A stretch of DNA of 62,746 bases, counting the filler, from Craspedostauros australis (Eukaryota): the NCBI GenBank assembly GCA_030167865.1. It is 5 parts of 5 records of this genome, joined end to end, with 100 filler letters (N's around TTAATTAATTAA, not from the genome) between each part and the next. Parts side by side here need not be neighbours in the genome. Positions count along the whole stretch, not along the records: positions 1 to 27,457 come from JALAGF010006700.1; 4 more parts are not named here. The stretch is one strand, 5' to 3'. The position numbers and the translations under genes were made by a program. Below are positions 1 to 11,534 of this stretch, piece after piece. The notes under the pieces are model-generated. The model saw nothing but the letters and a program-made list of their open reading frames with translations. It had not been told where the DNA came from and made no database searches. Numbering within the stretch: position 1 is the first letter of the stretch; each line of letters begins with the position of its first letter.

Positions 1-245
1 CTTTTTGATTTTGATGTCATCCACCACGCTCCTGACAACAACACCAAAATCCTGGCAACGGTGTAACACAACAAGGAGGGTGGATCACGATCCATGATCA
101 TTGTTTGTTCAATTCCCACAACTGCAACGATTATTATAAATTTAAGACATGACGCATGTCGTGAGTCGACCTGGCCAGCGAAAAAGGGTTTGAAAAAAAA
201 ACGGCTTCTCGTAAAGCGTATTTGGGCTAGTCCGTTGAGTCGCAG

Positions 246-321
246 TTTGTCTGTGGAGACAAATGGACCCCAATTTGCCTGTGGAGACAAATTGCACCTC
301 CAATTTGCCTGGGGAGACAAG
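246..321. repeat. ~2.6 copies of a 28-30 bp tandem repeat with a palindromic core TTTG(T/C)CT-GTGG-AGACAAA
   Basis: Units start at 246, 274 and 304. The first core is a perfect 7-bp inverted repeat (TTTGTCT/AGACAAA) around GTGG. Confidence 0.8.
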
Positions 322-878
322 CCACGTAGGCCAGTACCAGGCCGAAATCATTATGGATAGGCGGCGTACTCGCGTGGATGACCAAGCCCGTGTGGTCGCC
401 GTGCCAATGTTGGCGTCTGCGCGGATGTCTGGTTGTGTTGTCGCTGCTTTCGCTACTGGTGTCATTGTCGTTGCCGTCCTGTTGATGGCTGATCGTCGTT
501 TGCTGCCACCACCATCACAGAGCGTACGTAGAGTGGGGTTGAGTCCACATCATCTTCCTTGTCGTTGCCAGGTATCGTAATCGTGCAGTGCCTGCACATG
601 CGCTTGCGTCGCCTGATGCTCTGTCTTCATCCCACGACCGCCAGTTGTCTGGTTTGGTTTGGTTTTCATATTTCCATACTGCACAAAATGCCCAAACTGA
701 TTCATTGTGCGTGCCTGTACCACGTGCTCCTCTCTTCGTCTCTTTGTCTGCGTTTGTATTCGTGCTGGTGTACCGCTGGTGTGCCACGTGTATTTGCGTT
801 TGTATTCGTACTCGTACTCTACAATAACTCGTTTCAATTTGTTTGCTGCTGATGATCTCCTCCATCAACGAATGCGTG

Positions 879-1894
879 CTAGGCAACCCTGGAGACGACA
901 GTCTTTTGATCGATCTTGGGTTGCGTGGCTCCGACGATCTTCTTGAGTTTGCGGCTGGCCGATTCCGCGATTGCGGAGAAGCGATCCCATTTCTTGTTTT
1001 CCAATGATATGATGCGTTCCTGTCGTGCCTTCTGGGTGTCGAGCGCCGCGGTCGCTATGTCTTCCATGGTGTATCCCAAAGCCAGGAGACTGGGGGTGTT
1101 GCGTCATGTGGCAATGTGTAGATCGAATGAAGCGGAAGAATGAGTGGAGCAATGCCGCAGTGAAAAAGTGAATGCGAAATGAGACAAGTACGCAGGTATG
1201 GATGGATGACGGTCAGATTGGGCATTCGTTTGCGACGCACATCATTCTCACTCATATCTCAAGCATTGCACAACAGAGCAAAGTCCTGCATGTGATTACG
1301 CAATGCTTGATTCGACGATGGTCGTCATCAACAGTTTGCACTCCACTCCACTCCACTGCACTGCACTGCACTCAATTCCATTTCATCTCATTTCAATCCA
1401 ATGTCCTTTTCCTCGCAACCCAAAGCAACGGAATGGAATACAAACGCAATGGAATACAACACCTCCACTCACAGCTTGGATCGCCGAGACGGCGAAATGA
1501 CGAGCTCCTTGCGCTGCCGTCGCGTGCGCCGTTTCTGTTCGTACGTATCGATCGTGACAATCTCTGATCGGAGGCACTCGTCGCTGATGCACAACGGCGC
1601 ACCTTCGCAGGCTGGATTGTCGCCAATCGAAATGAGAAAGATATGCACCTCGAGGAAGTCGAAGGAGACGATGCGATGCGACGCCGGTTTACGATCGGAG
1701 TTGCCCTTGAGGCAGGATCGCAGGCCCGGTGTCCTGTTGGTGCTGTCGCCCGTCTTCGTCGAGGGGCTTTTCTTCGTGGCGCCGAACTTGAGGAAGCTGC
1801 TGCGGCGCTTGGAGGTGGCCACTTTGCCGGATACCCGGATCACATTGTCGTGGGCCTCGGCCATGTCCGTCGTCGTGCTTGTTTCAGTCACCAT
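879..1894 (-). CDS. Two-exon uncharacterised protein of the diatom 'VxF...GDNP...P' motif family
   Basis: Exon 1 is 1894-1473 (RIVSFDFLEVHIFLISIGDNPACEGAPLCI...RRTRRQRKELVISPSRRSK). The intron is 1472-1090 (GTGAGT...CCCCAG). Exon 2 is 1089-879 and joins in frame as SKLLLALGYTMEDIATAALDTQKARQERIISLENKKWDRF. The start Met is uncertain. Confidence 0.8.
1336..1400. repeat. Degenerate pentanucleotide microsatellite (CTCCA/CTGCA/TTTCA)n inside an intron
   Basis: Read directly from the sequence; it lies within the predicted 1090-1472 intron. Confidence 0.75.
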
Positions 1895-3480
1895 GGTGAT
1901 GTGTTGTTGTGTTGTTGTGTGTTGCAGTATAGCAGTATAGTCTTGGTGTTGTGCCTTGTGCGGTGATGGCTGGTTGGTGGCCTTCAAGATGTGCGGTACC
2001 GCTGGCGGCACCAAAGACGTGATGGGCGCGGATGCGATTGGGCTCTTGGATAGTGGAAGGAATGCGAACGTCGACACAGGCCTGTGTCTGCCTTGTACTG
2101 GTACTTGGCTGGCGTGCGTGTGTGTTGCTGCCGTTTGCTGATGTCGACGACCGTCGCTGTCACTGTTGGTGCAGACAACGTGCTATGGAGTGCGGCTGGG
2201 AGTGATCCTCTCAAAGATGCGTTGCCAACTGAGTCCAAGGCTGTGCGTCCACCACCCTCCAAAGGTTAACGGAAACAGAGCTGCCTGATGGAAAGAGGCG
2301 AATGGTTGCTTTACGATGCGTTGGATTGTGTGGTGTTGGTATGGCAAACTCAAATGGATTGATCTGATGGGCTTGCGAGGGCGAATGAAGTGTGCGTTGT
2401 CCCCTTTTGATCCCCAAAACGATCAAAGCCGGTGTCGTTGCTGCTGCTGCTGGTGTTGCTGAGTTTTGTCAGGTTCCTTGTGTTTGCTGCTATGATCACC
2501 CAAAGCGACAGATTGTATTGCACCCGTGCAATGGACGTGAGTGTGTGCCGCTTGATACTCGCCTTGGTGCCCATGTTATCCGCTCGCTCACGCAGGCGAC
2601 GGAACGAAATGCGTTGTGTTGTGGTGTTGGTTGCGGTTGTCAACACACGTTTGCTTCGTTGTTGGCGTCACCTCGTCAGCCTTTTTGCCTTGTGTTCTTG
2701 GCATCGTCCGATGTGGAGACGCGCGAAACGCGATGGGTGGGCAAAGCTGGGAGAACACATGACTACCAAGCATGCATAATAATGTCAACAGTCATGGATG
2801 AAGCGAACCCTACATAGCAATAAACAGCAAAAACAGGACATAATTAGGACCAGTAGAATCGAATAGTCTACGAACCTTCGCACCCAAGCTAACGGTAGAC
2901 TGACCCATTCGACACAACTGAACCAAACGGACATGAGTCATGAATTATTCAAAGTTGTGCGTGACTGCATACAGAATCACGACAAACACATGTCATCGTC
3001 TCCTCGCAATGTCCCACCACGGAGCGTTGGCAGCGTGCATGTTTGTGTGTTTGTTTGTGTATGTGTGTTTGTGTGAGTTTTTCGCCCCATGTTCACACAA
3101 CGCTAATTTCTTGGTGTCTCTTCTCGCTGTTGTCACTCCAGCTTGGGTTGAATTCTGCTTGTCTCTCTGGGATCATTGTGCCGTCCACAACACCAGCCGC
3201 CAAGACAGAACGGCCAACAAGGGGAGCGAACGAGAGAGAGAGAGAGAGAGACGGACAGAGCGTTCGAGCAAGGCAGACAGCAATAACACAAACAAGGTTC
3301 AGAGGGCGGCTTCTGCACTGCTCCATTCTCGCTATTCTCTGCTCTATCCTCTCTACTCCATCTGGGTGGACAGAGCTGGTGTGGGAAGTGCTTCCGTCTC
3401 CTAATCCCGAGTTGGTTCGATCGACTCCAATTGAACTCAGTTGGGTTGCATTCAATTGGATTCCTCGCTATCGATCAAAA

Positions 3481-3540
3481 CCAATTGAATCCAGTTGATT
3501 CCGATTGAATCCGGTTGAGTCCATTTAAATCCAACTGGAA
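3481..3540 (+). repeat. Six tandem 10-bp units (consensus CCRRTTGART) ending 40 bp upstream of an ATG
   Basis: ccaattgaat/ccagttgatt/ccgattgaat/ccggttgagt/ccatttaaat/ccaactggaa, with weaker copies near 3427-3460. Confidence 0.75.
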
Positions 3541-3580
3541 CATCGATCCAGCGCGCTGCTCTGCTATCGTTCCGCTCGCC

Positions 3581-6399
3581 ATGTTTCCAACGGCATATCA
3601 AACCACAGCACAGGCGCAAGCGCGAGCACAGGCACAGGCTGGTGCGCAAGCTCAGGCTCAAGCTCAAGCGCAAGCTCAAGCTGCTCGAGTTCATGCGTTG
3701 CAGCAACAACAACAGCAGCAGCAAGTGCAGGTCCAAGTCCAGGATTACGCCACTGCAGCAGCAGCGCATCAACTCGCCGCAGCCAATCCAACGACCTTGG
3801 CGGCCCTTGCTGGATACCCGACGGCGCCCGGTCTCTTGAATGGGGTGCAGTACGCAACTATCAGCACTGGTAAGTCACTTGGCCACAGCGGTCTCCTTCT
3901 TCGCCGTATGCAACATCGATTCAGCCCGACGATTACATTAACTTGGATTGTCGCCAATCCAAGTGGATCGAAGGTGGTCTCATGTTCGCCCCTCCTTGCA
4001 CCAATATCGGATCGTATCAACATGAATAGCAATGGCAACAGCAGTGCTACGTGCTTATACCATTTGCCCGTTTGCTTGCCAGCACTCTGCTCTGGCCTCT
4101 ATTGTACCTCTATCTCCACGTTTTGCCACACTGACAAAACCGTCTCATGATCCACATCATCTCATGCCATCATGCCATTTGGACTTTCCCTTGGCATCAT
4201 CGTACCGTACTTTTCTTCATGTTGCCAGCTCCGGGAGGACAGCCTCAGTATGTATACGCGCAGCAGCCAGCCTTTACAGATGCCAGTGCAGTACAGCAAG
4301 CACAGGCCATCCAGCGTTATCAGGCTGCCCAGGTACAGCAAGCACAGGCCAGAGCGCATGCGTTGCAACAACAACAGCAGCAACAGCAGCAACAACAACA
4401 GCAGCAACAACAGCAGCAGCAGCAACAGCAACAACAGCAGCAACAACAACAGCAACAGCAGACGGGGGGAGACAGAAGCGACCAGCCGCAAATAGCACAG
4501 ATCAATGCCGCGGCGATCTTGCAATCGCAGCAGAAGAAATCCAAGCAGCGTGATAGTAACGCCCCGGCAGGAAGAATCGCAGAGCAACAGAGACAACTGC
4601 AGCAGCAGCAGCAGCTTCTACAACATCGGCGTCAGCAGAAAGAACAGCAGAAACAGAAACGGCAACAGCTATCGCAGCAGCAGCAACAACAACAACAACT
4701 GCAGAAAAAACGTCAAGCGCAGCAACAACAACAGCAGCAGTTACAGCAACAGCAGCAACAATTGCAACTCCAGCAACAACAACAGCAGCAGTTACAGCAG
4801 CAACTGCAGGCGCAGAAGAACCAACGCGCTCGCAGTCGCAAGGGGACATCCCACAAGGAGGCGAAGAGATCGCACAGGGCCCCTGCGGCACAGACCATCA
4901 TTGAGATCACGAGCGATAGCGACGACGATCTGGTGGAGAATGGAATTGCCTCCAGGGGAAAGTCGCATCGCAAGTCCAAGTCCAGACGGGATAAGAAACG
5001 ACAATCCAACGGGTCCAAGTCTGGCAGGGCCCATTCTGCATCGCAATCAGTTGATGCTGCGCATGCGCATGGACACAATCGAGAATCGAATCGGGCAAGG
5101 GAGGACAACGTGGTGAGAGCGCAGCAGCTTGCGGCGTCGGTGACTGGAGTTTCCAATGATTCGTCGCATGCCTACGGCAGCCGCAAACGAAACGGCAGTC
5201 GATCGCCTCAGCCTGACAGCGCACCGACGACGGATTCGCACAAATCAAAGAAACAGAAATCGTCGAAACAGCCCATCGTCCTGATCCAAACCAACGCGAG
5301 AGAGAGGCTCATCGCACACCTTGCCAGCGAGGCGGAGAGCTGCCGCAGGCTCATGGCGATCTACGGGATCGTGCAGAACTTTCGCAGCCTCAAACCAGGC
5401 GATTTGGCAAAGAGGTCTTCTCAGGAGCTGGAACCCAACGCTATTTTGCATCTCAATCGGCAGAAAATCAACGAGATGGTGGAGGCCATCGAGGTGAAGC
5501 AACGTCAGCTCATCGCAGAGGCTGCGCATCAATGCATCCAGGCGCCGCCCATGGACTTCGCATCGTTGGAAAAGATGGTATCCGAGGATCGCATCTTGAC
5601 CGCGGCGGCGGCAAACGCACCGGCACCGACACCGACGATACTGACGGTGGCGGACTTCGAGAATTCGAACCTGATGATGAGGCCTGGTGCAAATCACACG
5701 CAGGTCGCAGGAAATGGAGCGGCGGCGGCCTCCCAAACGGGAGCATCCGCACAAAACATGACGGACGCAGCACAGCAGCGGCAGACGCAGCAATTGCAGC
5801 TGCAGGAGCAGCAGCTACTTCAGCAGGCACAGCAGCTGCAACAAGCACAACAGCGATACGCCGCACAAGGATCTCAACAACTGCACGCACCCGCGATGCA
5901 AAGCAAACAACCGCTCGAAAGCATCGTCACGGCGCAGCAGGACGAGATCCTCAAACTGCGGCGCGAATTGGAGAACGCCATGCGCAAGCAACGCAGCACC
6001 GTGGACGCCCATCATCGCGATCGCGCCAAGTACCGGCGGGATAGCCATCAACGATCCAACCGTCAAGCGCGGGCAATCCGTTCGTACCTGCGCGCCAGTC
6101 AGCACATGATGCAGTACGTCATGGTTCGGCGCATGCGTCAGGAAGAGGAGGAAAGTGACGACGACGACGATGACGATGATGCCGATGCCGACGCAGCTAG
6201 CAACGAAGAAAAAGAAAGGCATGGTCGTATGGCAGTCAACGGCGATGCGACCGCACACCGGCCAAACAACGGCAACGGCAACCATCATGACAATGGCAAG
6301 ATGGATGAATCAGTTGACATGCCGAACGGTGATCGTGGCAGGAATGGTGCATCCGCAGATGCATCTCAGAAGCAGGGCGAAACCATTGCCACTCAGTAA
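3581..6399 (+). CDS. Two-exon glutamine-rich low-complexity protein, probably nuclear, with a coiled-coil C-terminal region
   Basis: Exon 1 is 3581-3869 (MFPTAYQ...(QA)n...). The intron is 3870-4228 (GTAAGT...TTGCCAG), and the phase-1 junction G|CT restores the frame of the 750-aa ORF. It has a Q32 tract at 4366-4461, basic NLS-like stretches and an acidic D tract. Confidence 0.8.
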
Positions 6400-6616
6400 A
6401 AGCGAATAGCTGCGTTGATTGGCGATCTGCGAGATATGCTGCGTGCTCCATTCATTGGTTTGTGAATGCATTATTAATTGGTTCATTGATTGTTGTTGTG
6501 TTATGGATTATGTGCTTGACATACGTGGAATAGAGTCAACGGCAGCATTGGAAGAGTGTGGTAGCTCGTGCTCTGCTAATCGAACGCTGTGGCAAGTGGA
6601 ATTGAGATGATCATGT

Positions 6617-7468
6617 TCATCGCAACGTGATGGACGACAGTACGAGTATGGTGGTTGCCGTTGCAACGACGGCGTGGCCGATAAAAGAACCCGCACGCAT
6701 CGCGTCGGATCCATCGCTGGGCGCTTGCGTCGGAAGAGACGTTGGCAACTGCGACGGCAATGATGTTGCAAGCGACGTCGGTGAAGGTGTCATGGCGGAC
6801 GTCGGCACATGCGACGGCGCGGCGGTCATTGCGACCGCGTTCAAGATATACTGCGAATAATACCACCGCGAGATATTGAGATCCACATCGGTTTGGATGA
6901 CGACCGTGACGTCTAGGATCATGTCGTCATCGAGCTGGTCCATGCGCAGGATGCCGTGCACGTCGGTCTTGGGTTCTGGGTTCGTGTGGCAGATGCCGCC
7001 GACGCGTGCGACGTCCGTGCATTGCTGGCTCTCTTGGACGTCCGTGTCGTTGATGTTGGGACGCAACGATGTGAAGGTGCGGCGGTCGTTGGGGCTGGCG
7101 AGACGGATGAGGAAGCCTTTGAATTGGCTGTGCTGCGGCGACGTGGATTGCAAGGAGATGTTGTGGTCCTGGCGCGTGAAGAAGTCGAAGGGGAGATCGG
7201 GCTGCAGGGTCTCGTTGTTGATGGAGATGGTGAGGTTGAAATCGGACAGCTGCGTCGTTCCGAACTGCTCCGGAAGGTAGTGGATCTGCGATCCCTCGTC
7301 GGGCGTGGTCGTGAGGGCCTGCAGCAGCGCCTCCGTTCCCGGCTTGCAGCTGCCAGCCGAGCTCGGGAATGCCGATGTGAATGTCGTCGTCATGGCTGTC
7401 ATGGTTGTCATCGCCACGGCGGCAGCAACGACGGCCAACGAGGGACGCTGCCCGTTGGATCGCGGCAT
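6617..7468 (-). CDS. Secreted, probably GPI-anchored Reeler-domain protein with a Pro/Thr/Ser stalk
   Basis: Signal peptide ending ...TSA-FPSSAGSC. Reeler-like motifs FKGFLIRL and GICHTNPEPK...LDVTVV. APS/PTS repeats and a hydrophobic C-terminal tail. Confidence 0.7.
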   Translation of the reverse strand: MPRSNGQRPSLAVVAAAVAMTTMTAMTTTFTSAFPSSAGSCKPGTEALLQALTTTPDEGSQIHYLPEQFGTTQLSDFNLTISINNETLQPDLPFDFFTRQDHNISLQSTSPQHSQFKGFLIRLASPNDRRTFTSLRPNINDTDVQESQQCTDVARVGGICHTNPEPKTDVHGILRMDQLDDDMILDVTVVIQTDVDLNISRWYYSQYILNAVAMTAAPSHVPTSAMTPSPTSLATSLPSQLPTSLPTQAPSDGSDAMRAGSFIGHAVVATATTILVLSSITLR

Positions 7469-8500
7469 CGTTTGTCGGCCGCGTCGCTTCTGGACTTTAT
7501 GAGCTATGAGGACGTATGTACTAGTGTGGTGCACCTATCATACGTCTCTGTGGATGCTTGGGTGTGTTGAGACAGAGTAGGTGGATGCTTGGACACTTAG
7601 ACACTTGGGTGCTTGGACAGAGAACCTTGCGCAGACTGCACCTCTCCCTCTTGTCGAGAGTGCGATAGGAGGCGTCGATCGTGCTTCGGATGCACTGGGT
7701 CGCTCGCTTTCTTTGGTGGGAATGATCACAATCCCAGTCATGAAGTACGCTCTGATTTGGAATGATTCAGAATGGTGGTGCATCAAACAGCAACCATCCA
7801 TCAACAGCGTTGACCAACAACAAGCATCTCGTCGGAGGATGGAGTTGAACAACGAATGAGAAAGCACCGCGAGAGAGAACGAAGAACGTACCATCGCGAC
7901 AAAAGAAGGATGAAGCAAGCCAACGGCACGATGGACAACAGATCAAACGGACGCTTCAAAACGTGGGGACCAATCGTTGTTTTGCAAATTCTTCGACGGT
8001 GCTAAAATAATATTAACCATACCTTAATGTTTTGGAATATAGTTGATCGTGAATTGTGCGAAAATAATGGTGCGTACGATTTGGTAGTAGTCGTGTCTTC
8101 ACATCAAATGTCGGACGTCGCACAAGTCGTGCGTTCTGTCGTTGAATCCAGCAGGTCATCTGTGCGCCATCGCGACCAAATCTTTTCGCGTCTTTGTGCC
8201 AACCCAGACAAACAACGAGAGGCATCGCGAGTGTGACGGCACCCTTCGTTTCCTTTGACATCTGTCCGAGTCGCCCTGTTGGTTGTCTTCATTTGGAGGA
8301 CACGACAGAGAGTGGACAGAGGAAGACCCGTTGGACGTATGCATCAGCTACGACTATAACATTGATCGACGTCTACCGCATTGAGCGACGATCAATAGAG
8401 GCCCTGCTGCCATACCACGCTTGCAAGGAGAAAACAAAGGTTCATTCCATCCCAAGACAGAGCATTCACCAAGACTGCGAGGACTGCTGAATCTGCGATC

Positions 8501-9700
8501 ATGTCAGCGAAACGGGGAGACAGCGAAGATGAGGAGGAGTACAAAGAAGCTGCTGCCAACGACAATGGCAACAGCAACGACAATGGCAATGGCAACAACG
8601 ACTTTGGCGGGGATGACGAAGACGATGATGAGGCCGACTTCGTGCCTGGCATGGAGGACGATGAGGATGACGAGTACGATCTCGAGGATCAAGCGGACGG
8701 CGACGACGACGACGGCGACGACCTGGACTTGATTCCGCAGATCCTGCAGGGGACCTTCCGATGGAACGCCGACCAATCGATAACGTTCGCCGGTGCCAAC
8801 ATGTTCAGCTTCGATTCGCTGCCTGCGGACGAGCAGCGGTCGCCGTCGGCGCTAGCCACCTTCCCTCCGACGTCCAAGATCCTTTGCTCGGGCCACGTCA
8901 ATGCCATCCAAGTTCCGTCTCTGGAGATAGAGTTCCTTCTGCAGGATTACGCGGTTGTGCAGCATGATCCGCTCGCGATCAAGCTCTTGGCGGAGCAACG
9001 GACGATGCCCACGGCGGCAGCGGCGACGACGTCCCTGAAGAAGCCACCGCCGTCATCGTCGGTACCAGCAGCTGCAGCAGCCGCCAACGAAGATGACGAT
9101 GACGATGACGATGGAGAAGATGGAAAGCTCTCATCCAAAAAGCCAGCAGCATCAGGCACAGCATCAACCAAGCAACCGCCCACCTCGTCCAGCACAGTGT
9201 ACACCATCGTCGGTCGTAGATTGCAAACACCGACCACCGCGAGCGATTCGCCGGTCCAACTCACAGAATTCACGGGATACTACAGGCCCAGCGACGCCGA
9301 TGCCGGCAACCACATCACCAATCCAACCACCGCCGCCTTCCCTCTCGTCTGCATAACGCAATCCGAAACCGTGTCATCCCAACCTGCCGGCGCAAAGGCA
9401 GCGCCGCCAGCAGCTGCGCCAGCAGCAGCAGCACGTCCATCCACAAATGACGATGACGACGACGAGAATGATGGCGGGGTGGATTACAATGAGCTCATCG
9501 CTTTGCACGACGATGCCAATCTGTCCGTCGAAGAGCTGAGACGCAAATACCACGGCACTGCCAAACGGGCGGCAGCCGTCAATCCTGCCGCAGGTGCCAA
9601 GCGTTTGAAATCGGGCAGCGGTCTCATAGTCGCCGCGAAGAAGATGGCGGATGATGATGATGATGACGACGACGACGATGATGACGACATTGGGTTCTAA
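8501..9700 (+). CDS. Highly acidic 399-aa protein with an ELxxL...LSVEELxxKY motif (possible histone-chaperone-like protein)
   Basis: Long intact ORF with several D/E tracts, the motif VDYNELIALHDDANLSVEELRRKY and basic clusters (AKRLK). Confidence 0.7.
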   Translation: MSAKRGDSEDEEEYKEAAANDNGNSNDNGNGNNDFGGDDEDDDEADFVPGMEDDEDDEYDLEDQADGDDDDGDDLDLIPQILQGTFRWNADQSITFAGANMFSFDSLPADEQRSPSALATFPPTSKILCSGHVNAIQVPSLEIEFLLQDYAVVQHDPLAIKLLAEQRTMPTAAAATTSLKKPPPSSSVPAAAAAANEDDDDDDDGEDGKLSSKKPAASGTASTKQPPTSSSTVYTIVGRRLQTPTTASDSPVQLTEFTGYYRPSDADAGNHITNPTTAAFPLVCITQSETVSSQPAGAKAAPPAAAPAAAARPSTNDDDDDENDGGVDYNELIALHDDANLSVEELRRKYHGTAKRAAAVNPAAGAKRLKSGSGLIVAAKKMADDDDDDDDDDDDDIGF

Positions 9701-10306
9701 CAGATGATGAAGAGCGCACTGTGCTCTTTGTTTTGTGTGGCGTGCTTGCATGGCACGTACGTGCTTTGGCACACAGTGTGTATCTGTGGTGGGACGGCAA
9801 GAATCCCGCCATCGTCGCACGATAGATTACTCCACGGGTATACTGGAGTGCTCTATTCATACGTAATAGTAAACAAATCTCTCAACACAGAGAGAGACAG
9901 AGACAGTAATGGGGTTGCATACAGACGTCGTTTGTGCGCTTGCCAGTTATCGAGATTGCATCAATGTCGCCTTGGAATAGCTCGCAGTCGCAGAGGGCGC
10001 AACTCGTTTGGAAGAGTTTTTCGCAGGGTACCGTGCAACAGGCAGACCTGATGGAATCAAAGGAATCAATCGATGGATGCGACAAGAACGACAACAGCAA
10101 CGCCAAAAAACACATCGGCAATGGCGCAATTCAAACCGACATGAACAACCGCACTCGCAGCCGTATCAACCAACACCAGCAAGAATAGTAGTACTCGTAC
10201 GACAACAGAAGACGCAAACGAACGGCGACGACCATCATCACAGAGAGGCAGCCGATCGACCCCGGTCTCATCAGCAGCGAGCAGCCACGCCTAAAGGACC
10301 GCCATC

Positions 10307-11063
10307 ATGTCCAAATCATTCCAGGAGTACCGCAGAGAACTGTACGAGACGGGACAGGATTATGGCTTGACACCGATCTCCAAGAAGCTCTACTTTGCAA
10401 CGGTGCGTTTTCGTTGTTAGTTGCGTGTTGCGCGTTGCATAGATTGCCTGCTTGGCGACCTTCTCTCCTTCCTTGCTTGCTCACAGAGTTGCATCCATCC
10501 ATCTCCCTTCCCTCCAACACGCACTCACATGCACGCACACGCACACATGTGCAATACCATACTCGCATGATGCGCAGATGCAAGGCGCGGGCGCCGGTAT
10601 CGCGTACGGCATCTGCCACTGGGCCTTCTACCCGGACAAGTTCGTCTTTTCCCACAAGAACACCGTCCTGCCAGGCCCATCGCGCGGCATGCAGTACCTC
10701 AATGCCACCATGCTGCGACCCTCCATCTACTTCACGGCCGTCAGCGTCACATTCGCGGCCGTCGAATCCCTGCTGGAAGAGCTGCGCGGCTCGCACAAGG
10801 ATCCCGTCAACACCGCCTCGGCGGGTTTTGCGGCCGGCCTCGTCATGGGCGGATTCTTCACGCGGCGATTTGACATCGCGGGCGTCACGGGCCTCGGCAT
10901 GTCCCTGATCATGGGATGCGTCGAGCTCAACGGGCCCAACCTCATCACGGATCCGGAAAAACAGCAGAAGAAGCTCTTTCCCGAGTCCGTGCCGGTCAAG
11001 TTCGAGGAGTCGGAAGAACTGTTTGCGTTGAAGGAGAAGTATCCTGCATACAAGGACAACTAG
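10307..11063 (+). CDS. Two-exon Tim17/Tim22/Tim23-family membrane protein (possibly complex I B14.7/NDUFA11-like)
   Basis: Exon 1 is 10307-10402 (MSKSFQEYRRELYE...). The intron is 10403-10577 (GTGCGT...GCGCAG, phase 0). Exon 2 carries the family signature FAAVESLLEELRGSHKDPVNTASAGFAAGLVMG. Confidence 0.75.
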
Positions 11064-11534
11064 AGAGAGAGAGAGAGAGAGTGTGTGGCAATGTGTCGGC
11101 CCTGGGTTGATGCATCTTTAACAATCGTCACAAAACAAAATTAGGAACGAGTTTGAAAGGAACATGAACCCACGTGCTAGTACATGCTCCCGCCGGGCTC
11201 TGAGCCAATGGGACATGCAATAGCCGTGCTGGATGCAATCGGGGGTGTCAAGTCATCACCATGCTGTCAAAAGCTCGTTATTGTTTCCTCAGGTGTGTGT
11301 TTGTCGAAGCAGCTCAACTGTTTCGCACGTGCTAAATCGCATTCGTGCCACTGCTTGAGCATGATCATGTAGAGACGTCCGGCACGTCGACTCCTGGAAC
11401 ACAGAAGAATGGACCACGTGGTATTACTATGCATACGCATACTCGATCCCGACTGTAATAGTGCTGTTATACGAGGACACATTGCTGGAGTAGTACTCTC
11501 TCTCTCTGTACAGGAGCATCTTCGACAAGAGCAC

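Noticed and set aside
246..321. CRISPR-like array
   Set aside because: Only three units, linkers of 10-12 bp that resemble each other, no cas genes and a eukaryotic context.
3232..3251. (GA)n/(CT)n tracts (also ~11062-11080 and ~48590-48609)
   Set aside because: Ordinary microsatellites near gene ends.
4162..5156. Poly-Leu, poly-Cys and poly-Ala ORFs on alternative frames
   Set aside because: They are shadows of the CAA/CAG polyQ tracts.
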